A stretch of 64,000 bases of DNA from Alphaproteobacteria bacterium (GCA_965220745.1 CBDCQT010000010.1:640001-704000), one strand, 5' to 3'. Shown: positions 52,210 to 61,631, counted from the first letter of the stretch. Notes: generated by a model not told the origin, from the sequence alone. Numbers and translations: made by a program.

Positions 52210-53382
52210 ATGCCCGTCATCAACCGCATCGCCGCGATCCACGACGACATGACCGCGTGGCGGCGCGACATCCACGCCCACCCCGAACTGGGTTTCCAGG
52301 AGGAGCGCACTGCCGCCGTCGTGGCCGAGAAGCTCGAATCCTTCGGCATCCAGGTGCATCGCGGGCTCGCGAAGACCGGCGTGGTCGGCATCCTCGAAGG
52401 CGCGCCGGGGGCCGGCGCCATCGCGCTCCGCGCGGACATGGACGCGCTGCCGATCCTGGAGGGCAACGACGTCGCCCATCGGTCGGTCAACGACGGCGCC
52501 ATGCACGCCTGCGGCCATGACGGCCACACGACCATGCTGCTGGGCGCGGCCCAGTACCTGGCCGAGACCCGCAACTTCGCCGGCACGGTCTACTTCGTGT
52601 TCCAGCCTGCCGAGGAAGGGCTCGGCGGCGGCGAGGCCATGGTGAAGGAGGGGCTGTTCGAGCGCTTCCCCGCCACGGCGGTCTACGGCATGCACAACTG
52701 GCCGGGCCTGCCGCCGGGCGAGATCGCCGTCCGCACCGGGCCGATGATGGCGGCCTGCGACGAGTTCACCATCACGGTCGAGGGCACCGGCGCCCACGGC
52801 GCCATGCCCCACCTCGGCCACGATGCCGTGGTGGCGGCGGCGCAGATCGTCACCGGCCTGCAGTCCATCGTGGCCCGCAACGTGGACCCGCTGGAGGCCG
52901 GCGTCGTCAGCGTGACCATGATCCACGGCGGCGACGCCTTCAACGTCATCCCGCAGGCGGTCGAGCTCGCCGGCACCGTCCGCACCTTCAAGCCCGAGGT
53001 GCGGGACCTGATCGCCGCCAACATCGAGCGCATAGCGGAGAGCACGGCGGTGGCGCTGGGTGCCAAGGCCACGGTAAACGTGGAGGGGCGCTTCCCGGCC
53101 ACGGTCAACACGGCGGACGAGACCGCGCGGGCCGAAGCGGCGGCCCAGGCCGTGGTGGGGCAGGAGCGCGTGCACCGCGACCTCGCCCCCTGCATGGGCT
53201 CCGAGGACTTCGCCTACATGCTCCATGCCCGGCCCGGCAGCTATATCTGGATCGGCAACGGCCTCGGCCCCGGCGGCTGCTTCCTCCACAACCCCGGCTA
53301 CGACTTCAACGACGAGATCCTCCCCATCGGCGCGAGCTACTGGGCGACTCTGGTCGAGCGCGAGCTTGCGGCGGGTCCCTGA
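52210..53382 (+). CDS. M20 aminoacylase/hippurate hydrolase family peptidase
   Basis: HPELGFQE, RADMDALP, MHACGHDGH, FQPAEE, MHNWP, SEDF, LHNP.YDFND. Confidence 0.9.
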   Translation: MPVINRIAAIHDDMTAWRRDIHAHPELGFQEERTAAVVAEKLESFGIQVHRGLAKTGVVGILEGAPGAGAIALRADMDALPILEGNDVAHRSVNDGAMHACGHDGHTTMLLGAAQYLAETRNFAGTVYFVFQPAEEGLGGGEAMVKEGLFERFPATAVYGMHNWPGLPPGEIAVRTGPMMAACDEFTITVEGTGAHGAMPHLGHDAVVAAAQIVTGLQSIVARNVDPLEAGVVSVTMIHGGDAFNVIPQAVELAGTVRTFKPEVRDLIAANIERIAESTAVALGAKATVNVEGRFPATVNTADETARAEAAAQAVVGQERVHRDLAPCMGSEDFAYMLHARPGSYIWIGNGLGPGGCFLHNPGYDFNDEILPIGASYWATLVERELAAGP

Positions 53383-53402
53383 ACCGGCGGCGGGCCTCCA
53401 CC

Positions 53403-54299
53403 GTGAACGACACCGCCCAGCCGCGTCTTGCGGCTTGGGACGCTGAAGCGGCACGTCGTCAACTCGAAGCCGACGGCTTCTGTCACGTGCCGGGCGTACT
53501 GGACCCCGCCGCGTTGCGCGCGACCAAGGCGGCGGCGGAGACCGCGCTCGGCACCATCGACGCGGACCACCGCGCACAGTGGCGCTCACAGGGGAGCCTC
53601 GTCCCGGTCGCGGACCACCCCGCCTTCGCATCGCTCATCGCGCACCCCGGCTTTCAGGAGATGTTCGAACGCCTCGGCTTGCCTGGCACGCGCTTCTCCT
53701 CGGGCTACGTCATCAGCAAGCCGCCGGGCGGGCCCGCGCTCTTCTGGCATCAGGACTGGTGGGGCTGGCAGCATCCGATCTCGCGGGAGGAGCGCATCGC
53801 CCAGTTGGCACTCTTCCTCTACATGACCGACACGACGCGTCGGAACGGCTGCCTGCGTCTGATCCCCGGCTCGCACCGCAGGCCGCATCCGCTGCACGAG
53901 CTGGTTGACGCCCACGACCCGACGCTCGCCGAGGTGCGCAACCCGGACGATGCCGCCTTCGCCTCGCACCCGGACGAGGTCGACGTGCCGGTCGCGGCGG
54001 GCGATGTCGTCGTGGTCGATGCGCGGCTGATCCACGGCGCCCACCCCAACCGCTCGGACCTCGAGCGCACCAACATCACGCTCTGGTGGCACCCGGATTA
54101 CGACGGCCTGCCGGCCCCGCTGCGGGCCCGCATCTGGCAGATCTACCGGCGCGAGGAGATCGACACGGACGCAGCCCCCGGTCGCACCCTGCGCCCCGAC
54201 ATCTGGCCCGAGCCCGAGCGCAGCCAGGCGCTCCCCTTCCTCGTCACCGACCCCGGCCCCTTCGCGCCCGAGCCCTGGAACCGCACACCGCAGTACTAA
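53403..54299 (+). CDS. Phytanoyl-CoA dioxygenase family Fe(II)/2OG oxygenase
   Basis: WHQD, NGCLRLIPGSH, AGDVVV.D.RLIHGAHPN.S..ER. Confidence 0.85.
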   Translation: MNDTAQPRLAAWDAEAARRQLEADGFCHVPGVLDPAALRATKAAAETALGTIDADHRAQWRSQGSLVPVADHPAFASLIAHPGFQEMFERLGLPGTRFSSGYVISKPPGGPALFWHQDWWGWQHPISREERIAQLALFLYMTDTTRRNGCLRLIPGSHRRPHPLHELVDAHDPTLAEVRNPDDAAFASHPDEVDVPVAAGDVVVVDARLIHGAHPNRSDLERTNITLWWHPDYDGLPAPLRARIWQIYRREEIDTDAAPGRTLRPDIWPEPERSQALPFLVTDPGPFAPEPWNRTPQY

Positions 54300-54348
54300 G
54301 GCGCGCCTCAGACTGCGGCTCGCATGACCCAGCTCGAAGGAGCCGGCA

Positions 54349-54786
54349 ATGCCCACATGGAAACGCCTCCTCATCGCGTGGCTCTTCGTCCCGGTGCACC
54401 GGTTCCTGTTCCGCCTCTCGGGCGGCCGCGTCCTGGGCCGTCTGGAAGGCACGGGAGTCCTCATACTCGTCACCAAGGGACGCAAGAGCGGCGAGCCACG
54501 CTCGTCGCCATTGCTGTACTTCCAATTCGAAGAGTCCGACGACCTCATCGTCGTCGCTTCGAACTACGGCCGGGACCGCCACCCGGCGTGGTACTTGAAC
54601 ATCGCCGCCGACCCCAACATTTCCGTCGAGACCAGTGGCGAACGCTTCGCCGCCGGGGCGCACATTGTCCAGGGACAGGAGCGCGCCGCGCTGTACGACA
54701 AGGTGGTTGCGGCCAATCCACGCTTCGCCACTTACCGCGCCAGCACCCACCGCCAGATTCCCGTCGTCGCGCTCCGCCGCGCCTGA
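54349..54786 (+). CDS. Deazaflavin (F420)-dependent nitroreductase family protein (Ddn/FDOR-A)
   Basis: LVTKGRKSGEPRSSPL, VASNYG...PAWYLNI.A.P, Y...T.RQIPVV. Confidence 0.85.
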   Translation: MPTWKRLLIAWLFVPVHRFLFRLSGGRVLGRLEGTGVLILVTKGRKSGEPRSSPLLYFQFEESDDLIVVASNYGRDRHPAWYLNIAADPNISVETSGERFAAGAHIVQGQERAALYDKVVAANPRFATYRASTHRQIPVVALRRA

Positions 54787-54789
54787 TCG

Positions 54790-55029
54790 ATGAGGGCTCT
54801 GGTGACGGGTGCGACGGGTTTCGTGGGCGGCAACCTCGTCCGAGCGCTGCTGGAGGGCGTGATCTTGCGCCGGCAGCCGTACTTGCCACTGGAGGGTGCG
54901 CGGCTCGCACGGCGCAGGATGGCGGTTGACTGCACGAAGGCGATCTCGGAGCTGGGACTCCCCCAGAGTTCCGCCGCCGGAGCGCTGGAACGGTCCGTGC
55001 GATGGTTCACGGACCACGGATACGTGTGA
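54790..55029 (+). pseudogene. Internally deleted NAD-dependent epimerase/dehydratase (HpnA-like)
   Basis: N-terminal MRALVTGATGFVGGNLVRALLE fused directly to the C-terminal ...MAVDCTKAISELG...ALERSVRWFTDHGYV; catalytic core missing. Confidence 0.75.
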
Positions 55030-55038
55030 GCCGGAGCG

Positions 55039-55515
55039 TGCCCGAACGCCTGGGCGGGAGGAATCCCGGTAAATTTCGAAAGAGTATTTTAAGGTGGCCT
55101 ATTCCGGCCCACTCCGGCCCAAAGCGGCCCAAGGTGGCCCAAGGTGGTCCAGGCAAGCGGCCCAAGGTGGCTCATGACGGACCGGAGCGGCGCATCGGAT
55201 GGGAGTGGATATCGAGCCGGTACGCGCCTTCGTCGTGTGTCTCCGGGGTCCATCCATACCAGTCGCCCTCGACCTCGGCGCGGATGATGGCAACGGCCTC
55301 GGGCGACAGCCCGCCGCCGCCCTTCGGCGTCTTGTTTCGCCCGGCGTCCATGCGGGCGACGGCGCTCTCGCGCTCCGCATCGCTCTTGCCGGCGCCTTCG
55401 ATGCGGTGCATGGCGAGCGCGAGCGGGGATTTGTCGACCGGGTGATGGTCTGCGCGATGCATCCGCGCAGCCTGCCCCGACCCGCCCGCCCCGTGCACCG
55501 CACCATGGTCCGGGG
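55039..55515 (-). repeat. Dispersed element, copy C (longest) with a 10-bp repeat array
   Basis: Reverse complement reads CCCCGGACCATGGTGCGGTGCA-N31-ATG (55462), ORF, then CTTGGGCCAC/CTTGGGCCGC/TTTGGGCCGG/AGTGGGCCGG/AATAGGCCAC/CTTAAAA. Confidence 0.75.
55172..55462 (-). CDS. Element-encoded small hypothetical protein (96 aa)
   Basis: MHRADHHPVDKSPLALAMHRIEG...GDWYGWTPETHDEGAYRLD; N-terminus similar to the copy B ORF MRRPVHDPVEKCGL. Confidence 0.4.
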   Translation of the reverse strand: MHRADHHPVDKSPLALAMHRIEGAGKSDAERESAVARMDAGRNKTPKGGGGLSPEAVAIIRAEVEGDWYGWTPETHDEGAYRLDIHSHPMRRSGPS

Positions 55516-55755
55516 CCTCTTGTCGCCGGCAACCGGCGCGGTTGAGCCGAGATCGTGCGCCGTGTCCTCGACCAGGGGCAGACCCCGAAAGGCATGGCCG
55601 GGCGTTGCGCTGTCGGGCGAAGCACCCGCCCCTGGCGTGTGAACGCCGGAGAAACGTAGTCTGGCGTCGACAGGCGGCAAGAAGACGGCCCAGCCTGAGC
55701 AAGAATATTATGAGCACGCCGCCGATCATGGACCGGTAGAAAACCGGGGAGGTGA

Positions 55756-56370
55756 ATGATGGCCGTTCGTCAGATCGCAAAGATGGGGCATCCCGTTCTG
55801 CGCAAGAAAGCCGCCCCGGTCGACGACCCGACGGATCCTGACATTGCCCGTCTCGCGGCAGACATGCGCGACACGCTGGAATGGATCGGCGGCGCCGGAA
55901 TTGCGGCGCCCCAGGTCTACGATAGCCGGCGTGTCGTGGTGTACCGCATCCTGGCCGAGCGCATCCCGCCGGGTGTCGCGCTCGAGCCGCTGCCGTGGAC
56001 GGCGATGGTCAACCCGGTCGTCACGCCGCTCGGCGACGAGGTGGGCCTGATCTGGGAGCGCTGCCTCTCGCTGCCGGGCCTCCACGGCAAGGTGCCGCGC
56101 TACAAGCGGGTCGAGATCGTCTACCAGACGCTGGAGGATGAGAGCCAACGGCGGATCGTCGAGGACTGGCACGCGATGATCCTCCAGCACGAGTGCGATC
56201 ACCTGGACGGCATCCTCTACCCCATGCGGATGACCGATCTCTCGTACCTGGCGTTCAATGCCGAGCCGGGCGAGCTCGCGAGGGAAGCCGAGACCAAGCC
56301 CGACCTGGACCCGGCCCTCCGCGCCATGGTGGACGCATGGCCCGCGCGGGAGAAGTGGCTCGCCTTGTGA
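55756..56370 (+). CDS. def: Peptide deformylase (variant motif 2)
   Basis: GHPVLR, motif 1 GAGIAAPQ, motif 2 ERCLS, motif 3 QHECDHLDG; GGAGG RBS. Confidence 0.88.
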   Translation: MMAVRQIAKMGHPVLRKKAAPVDDPTDPDIARLAADMRDTLEWIGGAGIAAPQVYDSRRVVVYRILAERIPPGVALEPLPWTAMVNPVVTPLGDEVGLIWERCLSLPGLHGKVPRYKRVEIVYQTLEDESQRRIVEDWHAMILQHECDHLDGILYPMRMTDLSYLAFNAEPGELAREAETKPDLDPALRAMVDAWPAREKWLAL

Positions 56371-56453
56371 CGAGACGGCCGCCGGCACCGTAGACAACCC
56401 GGTCCGCGCAGGGCGAAGCTCCGCCGGACCGCACCTCAGCAGAGGCTTCCCAC

Positions 56454-57314
56454 ATGTCCGGACCGCGCATTCGCCCCCGCCGCTCGTTCATCTTCGTGCC
56501 GGGCCTGCGCCCAGAAATGTTTCCGAAGGCGCTCGCGAGCGGCGCGGACATGGTCTGCGTCGAGCTTGAGGACGGGATCGCGCCCAAGGACAAGCCGGCC
56601 GCGCGTGCCAACGCGATCAGGCTCTTCGAGCGCGCGCAGGCCGACGACGGGGTCGAGCGGATCGTCCGCATCAACTCGCTGCGCGAGGGCTTTGGCATTG
56701 CCGACGTGCAGGCGGTGCTGGCCAGCGACACGCCGCCGCCCGCGCTGATGATGCCCAAGGTGCGGACGCCGGACGAAGTGGTGTTGCTCGACGACCTGCT
56801 GACCGAGCGCGGCCACGACACCCGCCTGCACGTGATCGTCGAGACCAATGCCGGGCTCAAGGCCGCCTACGACATCGCTCACTGCAGCCAGCGCATCGAC
56901 GCGATGTTCTTCGGCGGCGTCGACATGGCCGCCGAGCTGCGCTGCCAGAACGCGTGGGAGCCGCTGCTCTACGCCCGCTCGCGCGTGGTCCATGCCGCCG
57001 CCGGCGCGGGGCTCGACGTGATCGACGTGCCCTATCTCGATCTTGAGGATCCGGACGGCATGAAGCGCGCCGCGATTCAGGCGCGAGACCTGGGCTTCTG
57101 CGGCAAGGGCGCGGTGCACCCCAAGCAGATCGCGGCGCTCAACGAGGTGTTCACGCCCGCGCCGGAGCGGATTGCCCGCGCCCGGCGCATCATCGCCGAG
57201 TTCGAGGCGGCCGATACAGGACTGGTGGTGATCGACGGCAAGCTGATCGAGAAGCCGGTGCTGCGCGAGATGCACCGGATCGTCGCCATTGCCGAGCGAA
57301 TCGGTGCCGGTTAG
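56454..57314 (+). CDS. CitE-like CoA ester lyase (HpcH/HpaI aldolase/citrate lyase family)
   Basis: RRSFIFVPG, LEDGIAP, VRIN, PKV, VET, GKGAVHPKQI, DGKLIEKP. Confidence 0.88.
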   Translation: MSGPRIRPRRSFIFVPGLRPEMFPKALASGADMVCVELEDGIAPKDKPAARANAIRLFERAQADDGVERIVRINSLREGFGIADVQAVLASDTPPPALMMPKVRTPDEVVLLDDLLTERGHDTRLHVIVETNAGLKAAYDIAHCSQRIDAMFFGGVDMAAELRCQNAWEPLLYARSRVVHAAAGAGLDVIDVPYLDLEDPDGMKRAAIQARDLGFCGKGAVHPKQIAALNEVFTPAPERIARARRIIAEFEAADTGLVVIDGKLIEKPVLREMHRIVAIAERIGAG

Positions 57315-57339
57315 GAGCGGCTGCGGACGGGGGCATGGG

Positions 57340-59364
57340 TTGAGCAACAGGATCGCCATCGACATCCACGAACGCCGGGCCTTTGCCGGCGGTCACGAAT
57401 TCGGCGACGCCGGCGCCTACGAGCGGCTGACCGGGCGGGCGCGGTTCGCCGTCGATCCCGACGCGCCGGCGCAGGCGGGGATCGTCGACCTGGACAAAGC
57501 CCCCCGTAATCGCGATGGCCTGGTCGAGTTCGTGGCCGATCTGTGCATTCTGAAACCGGCCGATCCGGCCCGCGGCAACAGGCGTCTCTTCTTCGATTAC
57601 GGCAACCGCGGCAACAAGCGGGCCGTGCAGTATTTTTGCGACGCGCCGGCCTGCAACGATCCGCTGACGCTGGAGCACGCCGGCAACGGCTATCTGTTCC
57701 GCCGCGGCTACACGGTGGTCTGGGGTGCCTGGCAGGGGGACCTGCTGCCGGGCGACGGCCGCATGATCCTGACCCTGCCCGTCGCGACCGACGACGGCGC
57801 ACCGCTCACCGGCCCGGTGCGGACCGAGTTCATCGTCGCGCAGGAAGGCCAGACCACGCTGCCGCTGAGCGGCTGGGTTTCCACCCGCAGCCACCCGACG
57901 GTCTCGCGCGATCCAGCCAAGGCGCGGCTGACTCGGCGCCGTTACCCTGATAGCGAGCGCGTCGAGATCGCGCCGGAGGCCTGGCAGTTCGCGCGCATCG
58001 AAACCGGCGTGGGCCTCGACTTCCAGGGTGCCGAGCACGCCATCGTCGAGTCCGACACGTACATCTACCTGCCGGGCGGGTTCGAGCCCGGCTGGATCTA
58101 CGAGCTGGTTTACGAGGGCCGCGATCCGCTAGTGCTGGGCCTCGGCCACGTGGCGGTGCGCGATCTCGTCAGCTTCCTGAAGTACGAGGAACGCGACAGC
58201 GAAGGGCGCGTCAACCCGGTGGCAGGCGCCGGGCCAATGGAAAAGGCCTACGCCTTCGGCCGCTCGCAGACGGGGCGCTGCATCCGCGACGCGATCTGGC
58301 GCGGCTTCAACGCCGATGCGGCAGGGCGCAAGGTGTTCGACGGCGTGCTGGCGCACGTCGCCGGCTGCGGGCGCATGTGGATGAACCACCGCTTCGCCAA
58401 CGTCGTCGTGCCGGCGGGGCAACAGTACGAGGACCACGACAACGCCGCCGACTCCTTCCCCTTCTCTTATGCTGAGTGCAGGGATCACCTGACCGGCAGG
58501 TCGGACGCGATCTGCAAGCGGCCCGAGACCGACCCGCTGATCTTTCACACCCAGACCGCCACGGAATACTGGCAGCGGCGCGGCTCGCTCGTGCATACCG
58601 ACACCGAGGGCAACGATCTGGCGCAGCCCGACAACGTGCGGGTCTACTTCTGGTCGAGTGCGCCGCACGTGGCCGATCCCAACCAGGGTGCGCCGGTGCG
58701 CGGCGTGTGCCAGAACCTGGGCAACGTGGTCCAGACCTCGATGCTGTTCCGTGCGCTACTGGACGCGATGGACCGATGGGCGAGCGAGGGCACGGCGCCG
58801 CCGGCAAGCCGCATCCCCCGGCGCGACGACGGCAGCCTCGTCGAGATGGACGAATGGTGCGCGCAGTTCCCCGCCATCCCCGGAGTCGCCACACCGAGTG
58901 GGCCCAGCGCGCTGCCGCTCCTCGACTTCGGGCCGGAGGCGGGCGACGGCATTCAGGACACGCTGCCGCCCGACGTCGTCAATCCCGACGGCTACGCCGT
59001 GCTGGTGCCGGCGGTCGACGCCGACGGCAACGACGCTGCCGGGGTGCGGGTGCCGATGGTCGCCGCACCCCTCGCCACCTACACCGGCTGGAACCTGCGG
59101 GACAGGGGTCAGGGCGAGGGTGCCATGCACGAGTTCACTGGCAGCACGATTCCGCTTCCTGAAACGGACTCGATACAGGCGGCCACCGGCGACCCGCGGC
59201 CCTCACTCGAGCAACGCTATGGCGATGCGGATGGCTACGTCGCCGCGATCGTCGAGGCGGCGGAACGCCTGGTCGCCGACGGTCTTATGGTGGAGGAGGA
59301 CATTGCTCGCGTCCGGCAGCGCGCCCGAAACTGGAGCCGGCCGCTGCACGACGTGCGTCTTTAG
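57340..59364 (+). CDS. Alpha/beta hydrolase domain-containing protein (large uncharacterised family; start uncertain)
   Basis: FG.AGAYERL.G, NRGNK, GRSQTGR nucleophile-like motif, FDG, EYWQRRGSL, VPAVDADGN, TYTGWN, DPRPSLEQRY. Confidence 0.8.
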   Translation: MSNRIAIDIHERRAFAGGHEFGDAGAYERLTGRARFAVDPDAPAQAGIVDLDKAPRNRDGLVEFVADLCILKPADPARGNRRLFFDYGNRGNKRAVQYFCDAPACNDPLTLEHAGNGYLFRRGYTVVWGAWQGDLLPGDGRMILTLPVATDDGAPLTGPVRTEFIVAQEGQTTLPLSGWVSTRSHPTVSRDPAKARLTRRRYPDSERVEIAPEAWQFARIETGVGLDFQGAEHAIVESDTYIYLPGGFEPGWIYELVYEGRDPLVLGLGHVAVRDLVSFLKYEERDSEGRVNPVAGAGPMEKAYAFGRSQTGRCIRDAIWRGFNADAAGRKVFDGVLAHVAGCGRMWMNHRFANVVVPAGQQYEDHDNAADSFPFSYAECRDHLTGRSDAICKRPETDPLIFHTQTATEYWQRRGSLVHTDTEGNDLAQPDNVRVYFWSSAPHVADPNQGAPVRGVCQNLGNVVQTSMLFRALLDAMDRWASEGTAPPASRIPRRDDGSLVEMDEWCAQFPAIPGVATPSGPSALPLLDFGPEAGDGIQDTLPPDVVNPDGYAVLVPAVDADGNDAAGVRVPMVAAPLATYTGWNLRDRGQGEGAMHEFTGSTIPLPETDSIQAATGDPRPSLEQRYGDADGYVAAIVEAAERLVADGLMVEEDIARVRQRARNWSRPLHDVRL

Positions 59365-59470
59365 ACCGCATTTCTCAGCAGCCGGTGCGGTCGGCGAGTG
59401 CGAGCGCGTTGTTTACGGGCCCGAGGTCCGTGCCCTCTTTGATCCGGAGACAGGCGCGCTCTACCTGGCC

Positions 59471-60649
59471 TTAGTGGCCAAGGCGGTTGCCGTTCGCAAG
59501 GTCGAACAGGCGGATGCGATCGCCGTCCATGATCAAGTCGATGACCTCGCCGCGTTCCGGCACCTCGTCCGCAGACACCCGCAGCGTGAGGAAACGGGTA
59601 TCCTCGTGCGCCAGTTCAGTCGTGTCCTCGTGGCTATCACCGACGAATTCGTCGGCGGTACGGACGACGACGGCCGGGTCCACCAGGGATGCGGAAACGT
59701 GGGCCTCGGGCTCGATGTGCTCGACCAGTTCCACGCGGGCTTGCAGGACACCCGACGCGCCATTCTCGCTACGCCGCCATCCCAGGTGCTCGGGCCGAAC
59801 GCCTAAGAGCACGCGATCGCCGGGCCCGGCTCCGTCGCTGAGCGACAGGGGTCCGAGCGTGATTTCGGTGCTGCCTATCGACGCCGCAACCTCCGCACCG
59901 CTTCCGGTGAGCACGGCTTCGATGAAGTTCATCGCCGGGCTGCCGATGAAGCCGGCCACGAAAATGTTGGCCGGTTGGCGATAGAGCGCTTGCGGGGTGT
60001 CGTACTGCTGGAGCGAGCCTTCCGAGAATATGGCGACGCGGTCGCCGAGGGTCATCGCCTCCACCTGATCGTGGGTGACATGGATCGTGGTCACGCCGAG
60101 GCGTTCGTGGAGGCGCCGCAGCTCGGTGCGCAATTGCACTCTGAGCTTGGCGTCCAGGTTGGAGAGCGGCTCGTCCAGCAGGAACGCACCCGGATGGCGC
60201 ACGATCGCCCGCCCCATGGCCACCCTCTGCCGCTGGCCGCCGGAGAGCTGCTTCGGCTTGCGGTCGAGTAGCTGGTCGAGATCGAGAATCCGCGCCGCCT
60301 CGTTCACCCGTTCGGCGATCTCGGCTTGGCGGAACTTCCGCACGCGGAGCGCAAAGGCGATGTTCTGGCGCACGGTCATGTGCGGGTAGAGGGCGTAGTT
60401 CTGAAAGACCATGGCCATGTTGCGCTCGCGCGGCGAAACGTCGTTGATGACCTGGCCGTCGAAGCGAATCTCGCCGGCGGTCATGGTCTCGAGCCCGGAG
60501 ATCAGCCGCAGCAGAGTGGTCTTGCCGCAGCCCGAAGGACCGACGAACACGACGAACTCGCCGTCGTCGATTTCGAGGTCCACGTCGTTGACGGCCACCG
60601 TGCCGTCCGGAAAGACCTTTCTGATCCCGCTCAGCCCGATCGCGCCCAT
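59471..60649 (-). CDS. Sugar ABC transporter ATP-binding protein (MalK/UgpC family)
   Basis: GPSGCGKTT, VFQNYALYPHMTV, LSGGQRQRVAMGRA, DEPLSNLD, VTHDQ, FIGSPAMN. Confidence 0.92.
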   Translation of the reverse strand: MGAIGLSGIRKVFPDGTVAVNDVDLEIDDGEFVVFVGPSGCGKTTLLRLISGLETMTAGEIRFDGQVINDVSPRERNMAMVFQNYALYPHMTVRQNIAFALRVRKFRQAEIAERVNEAARILDLDQLLDRKPKQLSGGQRQRVAMGRAIVRHPGAFLLDEPLSNLDAKLRVQLRTELRRLHERLGVTTIHVTHDQVEAMTLGDRVAIFSEGSLQQYDTPQALYRQPANIFVAGFIGSPAMNFIEAVLTGSGAEVAASIGSTEITLGPLSLSDGAGPGDRVLLGVRPEHLGWRRSENGASGVLQARVELVEHIEPEAHVSASLVDPAVVVRTADEFVGDSHEDTTELAHEDTRFLTLRVSADEVPERGEVIDLIMDGDRIRLFDLANGNRLGH

Positions 60650-60830
60650 CGGGACTCCCCGCCCAGCGTCGACACGCCCCGGCGCATTGACCGCATCAGT
60701 GCGCCCCACTACCGTCGCCAATCCACAGTTTGATACAGGCTTTCGGGCGCGATGGGTACCGTCCGGCGACGGAGATTCCCGGCGGGACGCGACTTGATTG
60801 CCCTGCCCTTCACGCACTCCGGAGGTACCG

Positions 60831-61631
60831 ATGTCCTCGGATGACACCAGTGTGCCCATTGGCTACGCACGCGACATCTTCGAACTGTCCGGCCGGGTGG
60901 CCGTGATCACCGGCGGCGGTAGCGGGCTCGGTCGGGCCATCGCCATCGGCTACGCGCAATGCGGCGTCACGGTCGTCGTCGCCGACATCAACGAAGACGG
61001 TGCGGCCGAGACCAAGGCGACCATCGACGAGCAGGGTGGGACCGCCGTGACGGTCCCCCTCGATGTCACCAAGCGCAGCCAGTGCATCGAAGTCGCGAAC
61101 GCGGTGCGGCGCGAGCACGGTCGCGTCGACATCCTCGTCAACAGCGCGGGCGGCGCCCACCGCAGCCCGGCCGAGGAGTTTCCGGAGGAGCGCTTCGACT
61201 ACATCATCGAGCTGAACCTGAAGGGCACGTACCTCTGCTGTCAGGCGTTCGGCAACGTCATGCTCGATCAGGGGAAGGGCAGCATCATCAACATGGCGTC
61301 GATCGGCTCCTTCATCGCCTATCCGTTGTCGAGCGCCTATCTCGCGTCGAAGGGCGGGGTCGCCCAGGTGACCAAGGTGATGGCGCTGGAGTGGCGCGAG
61401 CGCGGCGTGCGGGTCAACGGGATCGGCCCGACGCTGATGGAATCCCCGATGACCCGCAAGGCCGCCCAGACGACCTCGTTCACCGCCGACTTCATCAAGG
61501 CCCGCATGATCCGGCCGCGGGTCGGCCTGCCGCGCGAGTTGATCGGGGCGGCGATCTTCCTCGCGAGCGATGCGTCGGAGCTGGTGACCGGCCACACCAT
61601 CATGTGCGACGACGGCTACATGACCGCGTAA
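60831..61631 (+). CDS. SDR oxidoreductase (gluconate 5-dehydrogenase/KduD-like)
   Basis: TGGGSGLG, VNSAG, YLASK, ALEW...GVRVN; GGAGG RBS. Confidence 0.88.
   Translation: MSSDDTSVPIGYARDIFELSGRVAVITGGGSGLGRAIAIGYAQCGVTVVVADINEDGAAETKATIDEQGGTAVTVPLDVTKRSQCIEVANAVRREHGRVDILVNSAGGAHRSPAEEFPEERFDYIIELNLKGTYLCCQAFGNVMLDQGKGSIINMASIGSFIAYPLSSAYLASKGGVAQVTKVMALEWRERGVRVNGIGPTLMESPMTRKAAQTTSFTADFIKARMIRPRVGLPRELIGAAIFLASDASELVTGHTIMCDDGYMTA

Noticed and set aside
47509-53631. 2040-aa antisense ORF
   Set aside because: Shadow ORF: four consecutive sense genes (47413, 49885, 50737, 52210) share one frame, and GC-rich codon usage removes stops from the antisense frame. The translation has no recognisable motifs.
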